Shown here: in pieces, positions 1 through 8,929 of the stretch
How positions within the stretch are numbered: position 1 is the stretch's first letter
Layout of the letters: each line of letters starts with the position of its first letter
DNA from: an uncultured Chloroflexia bacterium
GTDB taxonomy: Bacteria; Chloroflexota; Limnocylindria; Limnocylindrales; CSP1-4
Direction: 5' to 3'
NCBI GenBank assembly: GCA_963713285.1
Contig: CAVQLA010000014.1
Location: 140,566 to 204,565, forward strand
DNA: 64,000 bases
Program-made: the position numbers and the translations under genes
Notes under the pieces: generated by a model
Databases searched by the model: none
What the model saw: only the letters and a program-made list of their open reading frames with translations
What the model was told of the DNA's origin: nothing

Positions 1-1020
1 GACACGGGACAGCACTGGGACGAGGCCATGGCCGGCACGTTCTTCGCCGAGCTCGGCCTCCCGCGGCCGGACCACACCCTGGGCGTCGGCGGGGGCGGGC
101 ACGCGGAGCAGACGGCCCGCATGCTGGTCGCCCTCGAGCCGGTCCTGCTGGCGGAGCGACCGGACGCGGTGCTCGTCTACGGCGACACGAACTCCACCCT
201 GGCCGGCGCGCTCGCGGGGGCCAAGCTCGGGATCCCCGTCGCTCACGTGGAAGCCGGCCTGCGCAGCTTCGACCGCCGCATGCCGGAGGAGATCAACCGG
301 GTCGTCGCCGACCATCTCGCGCGCTGGTGCTTCGCCCCGACGCCGGCGGCCGTGGCCAACCTCGCCGCCGAGGGGATCCGCGAGGGTGTCATCGAGGTCG
401 GCGACCTGATGCAGGATCTTGCCGCCCGGGTGAGCGCGGAGGTCCGCGAGGCGGCCGTCGCGGCAGCGATCGGGGAGGCGCTCGGCCTGGACCTGGCTCC
501 GGGCGCGTACCTCTTCGCCACGGTCCACCGGGCCGAGAACCGCGAGCCGGCGGCCCTGGCGGCCTGGGCGGCCCTCCTCGGTGACGCCGCCCGACCCGAC
601 CGACCCGTCGTCCTGGCGCTCCACCCGGGGACGGCGGCGGCCCTCGACGCCGCCGGCGTGGACCTGCCGCCCGACGTGCGGGTGGTCGCTCCCCAGGGCT
701 ACCGGACGACCCTGGCTCTCCAGCTTCACGCGGCGGCCGTCCTCACCGATTCGGGAGGGGTCCAGCGCGAGGCCGCGTGGCTCGGCGTGCCCTGCCTCGT
801 CCTCCGCGGGACCACCGAGTGGGTCGAGGCGGTCGCCGGGTCGGGGGGCCGGATGGTCGTGGTCGGCCTCGACCGCGCGCGGGCGGCGGCCGAGCTCGCG
901 CGCCTCGCGCCGGTGGACCGGGCCCCGGGGCTGGCGCGCGAGCGGGCCCGGGGGCTCGACCTGGCCCCGTCCGGCGCCGCCTTGGCGATCACCCGGGCGC
1001 TGGCGGAGCCGGCGGCGTGA
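1..1020 (+). CDS. wecB: UDP-N-acetylglucosamine 2-epimerase, non-hydrolysing (WecB/MnaA family); 5' end lies outside the window
   Basis: Frame-1 translation from nt 1 reads DTGQHWDEAMAGTFFAELGLPRPDHTLGVGGGGHAEQTARML...HVEAGLRSFDRRMPEEINRVVADHLA, the conserved Epimerase_2 core. There is no start codon in the window. Stop TGA at 1018-1020. Confidence 0.85.
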   Translation, partial: DTGQHWDEAMAGTFFAELGLPRPDHTLGVGGGGHAEQTARMLVALEPVLLAERPDAVLVYGDTNSTLAGALAGAKLGIPVAHVEAGLRSFDRRMPEEINRVVADHLARWCFAPTPAAVANLAAEGIREGVIEVGDLMQDLAARVSAEVREAAVAAAIGEALGLDLAPGAYLFATVHRAENREPAALAAWAALLGDAARPDRPVVLALHPGTAAALDAAGVDLPPDVRVVAPQGYRTTLALQLHAAAVLTDSGGVQREAAWLGVPCLVLRGTTEWVEAVAGSGGRMVVVGLDRARAAAELARLAPVDRAPGLARERARGLDLAPSGAALAITRALAEPAA

Positions 1021-2519
1021 CGGGCGCCGCGGCCGGGTCCGCGGGCACGTCCGCGTCGGCGGGCCCCGCGTCGGCGCCCCCCTCGTCTGCCGGCCCCTCG
1101 GCGGCGGGCGCGCCGGCGACGGGTGCTGCGCCGGTGCCGCAGCGCCTCACGCTCGTGCTGCCGTCCACGGCGGAGTTCGACTCCCGCACCTACCGGATCG
1201 CCAGCGCCGCGGCCGCCCGTGGCCACGCCGTCATGGTGCTCGCCCGCCGCAAGCCCGGGCTCCCGGCCGAGGAGCGGCACCCGGCCGGGTACACGATCCT
1301 CCGCGTGCCCTTCGCCGCGATCGACGGGCTGCCGATGCCGCGCCTGGTCTACGGGGCGCGGGTCGGCGTCCGGCGGCTCCACGCGTGGCGGACGGGCTCC
1401 CCGTACCGACCTCCGACGGCGCCCGGGCAGATCGCCGCCCCCGGGTCACCCGGGGTGGTCGCGGTGACCGCGGTGGCCGCGGCCCCGCCGGCAACCACGC
1501 CCGGCGTGCCCGGACGCCGCGCCTCGCTGCCTCGGCGGGCCGCCGCGGGTCTCGTGCGGCGCCTCGCGATCCCGCTCACGATCCGCTCCCAGGGCCGCTG
1601 GTCGCGCGCCGTGGCCCCGCCCGCCGACCTGTACCACGGCATGGCGTACATGGGGATCCCGATCGCCCTCGGGCTCGCGAAGCGTGACCGCGCGCGGGTC
1701 GTCTACGACGCGCGCGACATCTACCTGGACGCCGCGAACCTCGCCCGGATGACGGGCCCGATGCGGACCCTCCTCGCCCGCGCCGAGCGCGGCTGGGCAC
1801 GCGACGCCGATCGCGTCGTCACCGTCAACCGGCCGTACGCGGAGGTGATGGCCGACCGCTTCGGCGTGCCGCTCCCGCTCATCGTGCTCAACTGCAGCTA
1901 TCGCTTCGACCCGCCGGAGCCTCGGCCGAGACGCCTCCACGAGGCGCTCGGCCTCGAGGCGGCCACGCGAGTCGTCCTCTACCAGGGGGGCTTCAGTCGC
2001 GATCGCGGCATCGAGGAGCTCATCGCGGCGATCCCCTCCGTCCCCGGGGCAATCCTCGTGCTGCTGGGCTACGGCGTGCTCGAGGAGCAGCTGCGGGCCG
2101 CTGCGGCGGCCTCCCTCGGCCGCATCCACGTCCTGCCGGCGGTCGCCCCCACCGAGCTCCTCGCCTGGGTCGCCTCCGCCGACGTCGTCGCCATGCCCAT
2201 CCAGCCCACGACGCTCAACCATCGCCTGACCACGCCGAACAAGCTCTTCGAGGCCATGGCCGCCGGCGTGCCGGTCGTCGCCTCGGACCTGCCCGGGATG
2301 GCGCCGATCGTGCGCGAGACGGGATGCGGGGTCGTGTGCGACCCGACCGACCCGGCCGCGATCGCGGCGGCCCTCCGCGAGATCCTCTCCGCGTCGCCGG
2401 CCGACCTCGACGCCTATCGCCGCCGGGCGCTCGCGGCTGCGCACGGCTCCTACAGCTGGGAGACGCAGGTCGCGCTCCTCTTCGAGGAGTACGGCCGCCT
2501 GACGGGAAGGCCGTGGTGA
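1017..2519 (+). CDS. Glycosyltransferase, GT4 family (GT-B fold)
   Basis: C-terminal motifs: RVVLYQGGFSRDRGIEELIAA...TTPNKLFEAMAAGVPVVASDLPG. Candidate start is GTG 1017, overlapping the wecB stop (GTGA). The N-terminus is low-complexity, so the true start may lie further downstream. Confidence 0.7.
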   Translation: MTGAAAGSAGTSASAGPASAPPSSAGPSAAGAPATGAAPVPQRLTLVLPSTAEFDSRTYRIASAAAARGHAVMVLARRKPGLPAEERHPAGYTILRVPFAAIDGLPMPRLVYGARVGVRRLHAWRTGSPYRPPTAPGQIAAPGSPGVVAVTAVAAAPPATTPGVPGRRASLPRRAAAGLVRRLAIPLTIRSQGRWSRAVAPPADLYHGMAYMGIPIALGLAKRDRARVVYDARDIYLDAANLARMTGPMRTLLARAERGWARDADRVVTVNRPYAEVMADRFGVPLPLIVLNCSYRFDPPEPRPRRLHEALGLEAATRVVLYQGGFSRDRGIEELIAAIPSVPGAILVLLGYGVLEEQLRAAAAASLGRIHVLPAVAPTELLAWVASADVVAMPIQPTTLNHRLTTPNKLFEAMAAGVPVVASDLPGMAPIVRETGCGVVCDPTDPAAIAAALREILSASPADLDAYRRRALAAAHGSYSWETQVALLFEEYGRLTGRPW

Positions 2520-3880
2520 CGGCCCGCGCCCGTCCCCGCGCCGTGCTCCTCGTGGCCAACGCGGCCGCCCCGTACTCCCGCGGCCTGCGGGTCGCGCGAA
2601 GCCTGGCCGCGGCCGGCTACGACGTCGAGATCGCGGCGGTCGCCGAGGGAGACCACCCGCTGGAGGAGCGCGACGGGGCGGTGGTGGTGAGGCGCTACCG
2701 GCCTCGCGGGCCGTGGGTGCGCCGGGCCACTCCCCCGCCGGGTCCGGCACACGGCCTCCGCCGCTGGATCATCCGGGCCCACCGGGCGCTGGGGCGGGTC
2801 GTCCCGCCGCTCCGCCGGTTCCCTGCGCCGACGCCCGAGGCGATCGCCAAGATCGCCTGGTGGCCGGTCCACGTGCGCGGCTGGTGGGCGGCGCTCGATG
2901 CCGACCTGCCGCCGGCCGACCTGTACCACGCCTTCGGGATCCTGACGATCGACGTCGCGAACCGCCTCGCCGCCCGCGCTCGCGCCGAGGGGTTCGCCGG
3001 CCGGGTGGTGTACGACGTCATCGACGTGATCCTCGACTCCAACAACTACAGCAGCGTGCCGGCCCCCATCCTCGCCTGGTACCGCCGGCGCGAGCGGCGC
3101 TGGGTCGGCCGGGCCGACGCGATCGTCACGGTGAACGAGCCGATCGCCCAGCACCTCGAGCGGGCCTGGTCGCTGCGCACGCCGCCGACGGTGCTCCTCA
3201 ACTGCCAGCCCCGCTGGACGCCGCCGGAGCCGCGTCCCGACCACATCCGCGCCGCGACCGGGATCCCGCCGGAGCGGCGGATCGTCCTGTGGCTCGGCCG
3301 GCTGGGCCGCGAGCGCGGCCTGGACGAGGCGGCGGAGGCGGTCCTGCGGCTGGACGACGCCGCGCTCGTCATGCTCGGCTGGGGCCCCTGGGCCGACCAG
3401 CTGCGCGAGCGCGACCATGACCCGCGCTTCGCCGGGCACCACTTCACGCTGCCGCCCGTCCATCCCGACGAGGTCCCGGCCTGGACCGCGTCGGCCGACG
3501 TCTCGGTGATCGCCGTCCCCGCCAACTCGCTGAACCAGCGCCTCTCGACGCCGAACAAGTTCTGGGAGTCGCTGACCGCCGGCACCCCGATCGTGCTGGG
3601 GCGCGACCTGGAGGTGATGCGCGCGATCCTCGAGGCGGACGACCTCGGGCGCACCGCGGACCCCGGGGACCCGGACGACCTCGCCCGGGCCGTGCGGGAG
3701 ATCCTGGACCGCGAGCCGGAGGCCCGCGCGGCGATGCGAGGACGCTGTCTCCGCGTCAGCCGGGAGCGCTACAACTGGGAGACCGCGGTCATCCCGTACC
3801 TCGATCTCGTCGGCCGCCCGGACGGCGGCCCCCGGCGGGACGAGCTCCCGGCCGCCCCGGGTCCGCGTCTCAGCGCTTGA
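2516..3880 (+). CDS. Glycosyltransferase, GT4 family
   Basis: GTG 2516 overlaps the upstream stop (GTGA). Reads VTARARPRAVLLVANAAAPYSRG... Has the GT-B C-terminal motif STPNKFWESLTAGTPIV. Confidence 0.75.
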   Translation: MTARARPRAVLLVANAAAPYSRGLRVARSLAAAGYDVEIAAVAEGDHPLEERDGAVVVRRYRPRGPWVRRATPPPGPAHGLRRWIIRAHRALGRVVPPLRRFPAPTPEAIAKIAWWPVHVRGWWAALDADLPPADLYHAFGILTIDVANRLAARARAEGFAGRVVYDVIDVILDSNNYSSVPAPILAWYRRRERRWVGRADAIVTVNEPIAQHLERAWSLRTPPTVLLNCQPRWTPPEPRPDHIRAATGIPPERRIVLWLGRLGRERGLDEAAEAVLRLDDAALVMLGWGPWADQLRERDHDPRFAGHHFTLPPVHPDEVPAWTASADVSVIAVPANSLNQRLSTPNKFWESLTAGTPIVLGRDLEVMRAILEADDLGRTADPGDPDDLARAVREILDREPEARAAMRGRCLRVSRERYNWETAVIPYLDLVGRPDGGPRRDELPAAPGPRLSA

Positions 3881-4766
3881 TCGTCCCGCCGTAGCGCGCG
3901 ATCTGGGCGGCCTTCTCGGCGCGCTCCCGCGCCGAGTGCTCCTGGTGGATCGCGACGACGTCGGCGGGATCGCCCTCGGCGGCGATCCGCCCGTGCTCCA
4001 GCATGATCGCCCGGTTGCAGTACTCGGTGACCCACTGCATGTCGTGGGTGACGAGCACGATCGCCTTCGCCGACCGGACCAGCTCCAGCACCCGGGCCTT
4101 CGACTTCGCGCGGAAGACCTGGTCGCCCGTCGCGAGGACCTCGTCGAGCAGCAGCACGTCCGGGTCGACCGAGGTCGCGATCGAGAAGCCGAGCCTCGCC
4201 CGCATCCCCGACGAGTACGTCTTGATGGGGGCGTCGATGAACTCGCCGAGGTCGGCGAAGGCGACGATCGGCTCGAGGCGCTCCTCGACCTCGGCCTTCG
4301 TCATGCCCAGGAAGGCTCCGGCGAGCCGGACGTTCTCGCGCCCGGTCAGGTCCTGGTCGAAGCCAGCCCCCAGGGTCAGGAGGCTCGAGATGCGGCCGTG
4401 GACGAGGATCGAGCCCTCGGACGGCATCAGGATGCCCGCGAGCGCCTGCAGGAGGGTGCTCTTCCCCGCACCGTTGGGCCCGATGACCGCGAGCGACTCG
4501 CCGTTGGTGAGGCGGAACGAGACGTCCCGGAGCGCCCAGAACTCGCGGGCCCGCGAGCGGTCGCGCCGGGCGAAGTGGGCGAAGGTCTCGCGGAGGGTCG
4601 TCTTGCGGGTGAAGCGGAGGTTGTAGCGGATCCCGAGCCCGCCGACGTCGATCGCCGGCGATCCGCCGGCCGTCCACGGCGGAGCCGCGTCGTGGTCGTG
4701 GCGGGTGATCTCCCCGAGATCCCGCGCGTCCGCCGGTCCGACGCGCGGGGGTGCCGGCTGCGCCAT
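3870..4766 (-). CDS. wzt: ABC transporter ATP-binding protein of a polysaccharide/teichoic-acid exporter (Wzt/TagH/KpsT-like), 298 aa, no C-terminal carbohydrate-binding domain
   Basis: Walker A GPNGAGKST, ABC signature YSSGMRARLGFS, Walker B LLLDEVLATGD. The start ATG overlaps the stop of the upstream permease (ATGA). The long N-terminal extension in the ORF track is spurious. Confidence 0.85.
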   Translation of the reverse strand: MAQPAPPRVGPADARDLGEITRHDHDAAPPWTAGGSPAIDVGGLGIRYNLRFTRKTTLRETFAHFARRDRSRAREFWALRDVSFRLTNGESLAVIGPNGAGKSTLLQALAGILMPSEGSILVHGRISSLLTLGAGFDQDLTGRENVRLAGAFLGMTKAEVEERLEPIVAFADLGEFIDAPIKTYSSGMRARLGFSIATSVDPDVLLLDEVLATGDQVFRAKSKARVLELVRSAKAIVLVTHDMQWVTEYCNRAIMLEHGRIAAEGDPADVVAIHQEHSARERAEKAAQIARYGGTIKR

Positions 4767-5653
4767 CACAGCACCTTCGCGAACGACGGCTCGAGGCGCT
4801 TGAAGGTGGCGATGGCCACGAGCACCAGCCCGAGCGACACCACGAGCAGGGCGCCGAGCGCGGCCCAGTCCGGGAGGAGCGGCCCACCCTCCGGCGTCCC
4901 GTAGATCACGGCGCGATAGGCCTCGAACAGGATCGCGAACGGGTTGATCCTCAGCAGCGTGAGGATCACCGGGTACTGCTGGAGCAGGTCGCTCTCCTCG
5001 AGCAGCGCGATGGAGTAGAGGCCGGGAGAGAGGTAGAACCAGAGGCGCAGCGCATGCCGGGCGATGTTCCCCACGTCGCGCACGAACACGTTGAGGGCGG
5101 CCAGCACGAGCCCCAGGGCCAGGGTGAACACCAGCTGGACGACCGCGATGACCGGGATCAGGAGGAGCGTGAGGCTGAGGCGGTCGCGGTAGAGCAGGAG
5201 CAGGAGGCCCATGAGCGGGATCATCCCGAAGGCGAAGTTGACGACGCCGGCGAAGATGCCCGCCACGGGCAGCACGATCTTCGGGAACTGGAGCTGGCGG
5301 ATCAGGCTGCCCTGGCTCACGACCGAGGTGATCGAGTCGCCGACGCTGCTGGTGAACCACTTCCAGGGGAGGATCGCGGCGAAGATGAAGAGCGGGTAGT
5401 CCGGCTGCGGACGGGCGAAGATCACCGAGACGAGGATCACGTAGACGGCCATCTGCAGGAGGGGATCCAGCACCCACCAGACGTTGCCGAGCACCGTGTC
5501 GGCGCCCTTCTTGCGGAGGTCCGCCTGGACGAGGTAGCGGATCAGCTGCCGGCGCGAGAGGGCCTCGCGGATCCCTTCGACGACGAGTCCGGGGATGCCG
5601 GGCCGGATCGCCGAGTTCTGGACGGTGACGGGCTGCGCGGCGGGAGCGGACAT
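4766..5653 (-). CDS. wzm: ABC-2 type polysaccharide exporter permease (Wzm/TagG-like)
   Basis: 295 aa with six predicted TM helices and an ABC-2 permease architecture. Immediately upstream of, and coupled to, the ATPase gene. Confidence 0.8.
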   Translation of the reverse strand: MSAPAAQPVTVQNSAIRPGIPGLVVEGIREALSRRQLIRYLVQADLRKKGADTVLGNVWWVLDPLLQMAVYVILVSVIFARPQPDYPLFIFAAILPWKWFTSSVGDSITSVVSQGSLIRQLQFPKIVLPVAGIFAGVVNFAFGMIPLMGLLLLLYRDRLSLTLLLIPVIAVVQLVFTLALGLVLAALNVFVRDVGNIARHALRLWFYLSPGLYSIALLEESDLLQQYPVILTLLRINPFAILFEAYRAVIYGTPEGGPLLPDWAALGALLVVSLGLVLVAIATFKRLEPSFAKVL

Positions 5654-6234
5654 GGGCGGCGGAAGGGTAGCACAGGATCCCGGGCGCGCCGGGCCGGCCG
5701 CCTGGGTGGCCGTCCCGGCCCCGTGCCCCGCGCACCGGCCATCCTCGCCTTTGACCAGACTATCTACTCACCAGCGCCATCCTCCAGCACGGAGGTCACG
5801 CTGAAGTGCGGGTTCGCGTTGAGTCGCACGTTCAGGACTGGCGATCCTGACGAGACTATCTGTTCAGACCGCCACGAACTGCCACGCGAAGCCGGGCGCC
5901 GCCGCAGTCGACGACCCACCGGCCCGCTGCTCCGCCGGCGGCCACACCGCGCCAACGCGGACGGCCCACGGCCGCACCCGAGCGCCGCGCACCGGGGAGC
6001 CAGCCGCCGCCCACGACTCACGGCACTCCACGGCCACGCCGCGCCGCCGCCGAGCACCCCGGGCGACGCACGCGCGTCGCCACCGGGCGCCACCAGCAGC
6101 AGGCTCCACCGGTGCCGACCGCCAGGATCACGGAGCCGACGCGGTGACAGAGTCACGGAGCGTCACGAGGGGGCCGCCGGGGTAGCATTCGATCGATGCG
6201 TTCACGTGGCGCCGGCGGCGCCCGGCCGGTCTGC

Positions 6235-7422
6235 ATGATCACCCACTCCTACTACGAGGAGGATGCCCGCGTGCGGCGGGCCGCCGAGACCCTGGTCCTG
6301 GCCGGCCACCCCGTGGACGTCTTCGCGCTGCGGCGTCCGGGCGACTCGCCCGAGGCGATGCTCGAGGGTGTCCGGCTCCACCGGCTCGACGTGCGGCGCC
6401 ACCAGGGCGCCGGCATCGCGACCTACATGGCGGAGTACCTCGCGTTCCTGGTGCGGGCCACGTTCGCGGTCACGGCCAGCCACCGCCGGCGGCGGTATGG
6501 GCTCGTCCACGTGAACACGCTGCCGGACTTCCTCGCGTTCGCCGGCCTGCCGCTGCGCCTGGCTGCCGGCGTCCCGATCCTCCTGGACCTCCACGAGGCG
6601 ATGCCCGAGTTCTTCCGGGCGCGCTTCCCGGCGCGTGCCTCGCGGCTTGCCCACGAGGCGCTGCTGCTCCAGGAGCGCGCCTCGATCGCCATCGCCGCCG
6701 CGGTCGTGACGGTCAACGACGCGCTCGTCGAGCGCCTGGTGGAGCAGGGCGTGCAGCCGGCGAAGGTCACCGTGATCCTCAACGCCCCCGACCTCCGCCG
6801 GTTCGACCCTGCGGCGCACGCCACGCGCACCTTCGCGGAGGATGGCGTGCTGCGCCTCGTGTACGCCGGTGCGCTCACTCCCACGTACGAGCTCGACGTG
6901 GTCGTCGACGCCGTCGAGCTGCTCGGGCGCCTGCGCCCGGAGCTTCGGGTCACGCTCGACCTCTACGGGCGGGGCGACAGTGAGACCGCCCTCGGCGAGC
7001 GGGTGCGCGCCCACGGGCTCGCGGATCGCATCCGGCTCCACGGCCGCATCCCGCTGGAGGACGTGCCGGCCGCCATCGCGGCCGCCGACATCGGGCTGGC
7101 GCCCACCGCGCGCACCCCCTTCACGGACATGTCGCTCTCCACGAAGCTCTTCGAGTACGCGGCGATGGGCAAGCCGGTCATCGCCAGCTCCCTGCCGACC
7201 GTGGACCGGTACTTCCCGCAGGGGACCGTGGCTCACTACGCTCCGGGGGACCCCGAGGACCTGGCGCGGGCCATCCTGGCGCTGGTCGACGATCCGATCG
7301 CCCGCGAGGCCGGCCGGGCGGCGACGGGTCGGCGGGCCGCGGAGCTCTCGTGGGACGGGCAGGCGGCGCGCTACCTTGCGCTCGTCGAGCGTCTCTGTGC
7401 CGGCCGGGGGACGCGCCGGTGA
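6235..7422 (+). CDS. Glycosyltransferase, GT4 family
   Basis: MITHSYYEEDARVRRAAETLVLAGHPVDVF... with GT-B C-terminal motif TKLFEYAAMGKPVIASSLP. ATG at 6235; an in-frame upstream codon at 6196 is also possible. Divergent from wzm. Confidence 0.75.
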   Translation: MITHSYYEEDARVRRAAETLVLAGHPVDVFALRRPGDSPEAMLEGVRLHRLDVRRHQGAGIATYMAEYLAFLVRATFAVTASHRRRRYGLVHVNTLPDFLAFAGLPLRLAAGVPILLDLHEAMPEFFRARFPARASRLAHEALLLQERASIAIAAAVVTVNDALVERLVEQGVQPAKVTVILNAPDLRRFDPAAHATRTFAEDGVLRLVYAGALTPTYELDVVVDAVELLGRLRPELRVTLDLYGRGDSETALGERVRAHGLADRIRLHGRIPLEDVPAAIAAADIGLAPTARTPFTDMSLSTKLFEYAAMGKPVIASSLPTVDRYFPQGTVAHYAPGDPEDLARAILALVDDPIAREAGRAATGRRAAELSWDGQAARYLALVERLCAGRGTRR

Positions 7423-7612
7423 CCGGTCCCGGGGTGGGTCGCGACCGCCCGGCCTCCCGGGAAGGCGCGCGAGGCGGCAGAATGCGGGCTCGACCGGCAA
7501 CCGGTCGCCGGCCGGCCGGCGCGACGTCGTCCCCCGACGCGTCGGCCGCGGCGCCGCGCGGGACAGCACCGGCCGAGCGCCCGGGTTCGGGCGGCATGCC
7601 ACGGGAGGTCAG

Positions 7613-8929
7613 GTGATCCAGGAAGCATCGCCCGCGGATCGGCGCATCGCCGTCGTCGGGCTCGGGTATGTCGGTCTGCCGCTTGCCCTGGCGTTCGTCG
7701 AATCGGGCACCACCGTGGCCGGGCTCGACGCCAGCCCGAGCCGCGTGGCCGAGCTGGCCGCCGGGCACTCGCCGATCGAGGACGTCCCCGACGCGCGGCT
7801 GGCGGCGGCCCTCGCGGCCGGCTTCCGGCCGGTCGGGCCCGAGCCCTCCGAGATCGCCGCGGCGGACGCGGTCTTCGTCTGCGTCCCGACGCCCGTCACG
7901 GCCACCAAGGACCCCGACCTCGGGCCCGTGCTGGCGGCGGCGGAGCTCGTGCGGGCGGGGCTCCGGGCGGGGCAGCTGGTGGTCCTCCAGTCCACGACCT
8001 TCCCGGGCACGACCACGGGCGCCTTCCGCGCCGCCCTCGAGCGCGAGAGCGGGCTCGTCGCGGGCGTCGACTTCGACCTCGCCTTCGCCCCCGAGCGCGT
8101 CAACCCGGGCGACCCGGCCAGCTCCGGCAAGGCCGTGCCACGGCTGGTCGGCGGCCTCACGCCGCCCGCCACGACCCGCGCGGCCGCCCTGCTGCGCCGC
8201 ATCAACGACACCGTGGTCGAGCTCTCGTCGCCGGACGCCGCGGAGCTCGCGAAGCTCCACGAGAACGTGTTCCGGAACGTCAACATCGCCCTCGTCAACG
8301 AGCTCGCCCTCCTGTGCGAGCGGATGGGCCTCGACGTCTGGGAGATCATCGACGCGGCGGCCACGAAGCCGTTCGGGTTCATGAAGTTCACGCCCGGCCC
8401 CGGCGTCGGCGGCCACTGCATCCCCGTGGACCCGTACTACCTCGCGTGGCGTGCCCGCGAGTTCGACTTCAACGACCGCTTCGTCGAGCTCGCCGCCGAC
8501 GTCAACGTCGGCATGCCGCGCCACGTGGTCGACCTTGCCGCCGAGGCGCTCAACGACCGGGCACGCGCGCTGCGTGGCGCCCGGGTGGGGGTCGTCGGCG
8601 TGGCCTTCAAGCCCAACGTCGGCGACGCCCGCGAGTCGCCGGCTGCCGACGTCCTGGCCGGGCTGCGCGAGCGCGGCGCCGACGTCCGCTACCACGATCC
8701 GCACGTGGAGCGCTTCCGCGACGGCGCCGGCACCGAGAGCACGTCGGTGCCCCTCGCGGACCTGCTCGGCTGGGCCGAGATCGTCATCGTCGTGACCCCC
8801 CACGCCGCCGTGGACTGGGAGGCCGTCTACGGGCGGGCCGACCTCGTCCTCGACACCGTCAACTCCTCGCGCGGCCACCCGGTCCGCCCCCGCCAGGTCC
8901 TCCGCCTGGGTGCGGGGTGGAGCACCTGA
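7613..8929 (+). CDS. Nucleotide-sugar dehydrogenase (UDP-glucose/GDP-mannose dehydrogenase family; WecC/Cap5O-like UDP-ManNAc dehydrogenase is plausible)
   Basis: N-terminal Rossmann motif IAVVGLGYVGLPLALAF and catalytic-Cys motif GGHCIPVDP. GTG 7613 is preceded by GGGAGG. Confidence 0.85.
   Translation: MIQEASPADRRIAVVGLGYVGLPLALAFVESGTTVAGLDASPSRVAELAAGHSPIEDVPDARLAAALAAGFRPVGPEPSEIAAADAVFVCVPTPVTATKDPDLGPVLAAAELVRAGLRAGQLVVLQSTTFPGTTTGAFRAALERESGLVAGVDFDLAFAPERVNPGDPASSGKAVPRLVGGLTPPATTRAAALLRRINDTVVELSSPDAAELAKLHENVFRNVNIALVNELALLCERMGLDVWEIIDAAATKPFGFMKFTPGPGVGGHCIPVDPYYLAWRAREFDFNDRFVELAADVNVGMPRHVVDLAAEALNDRARALRGARVGVVGVAFKPNVGDARESPAADVLAGLRERGADVRYHDPHVERFRDGAGTESTSVPLADLLGWAEIVIVVTPHAAVDWEAVYGRADLVLDTVNSSRGHPVRPRQVLRLGAGWST

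Noticed and set aside
3870-5735. 621-aa ORF fusing junk to the ABC ATPase
   Set aside because: Only the last 298 aa form the ATPase. The ATG at 4764-4766 abuts the permease stop, and the remainder overlaps the permease gene in another frame.
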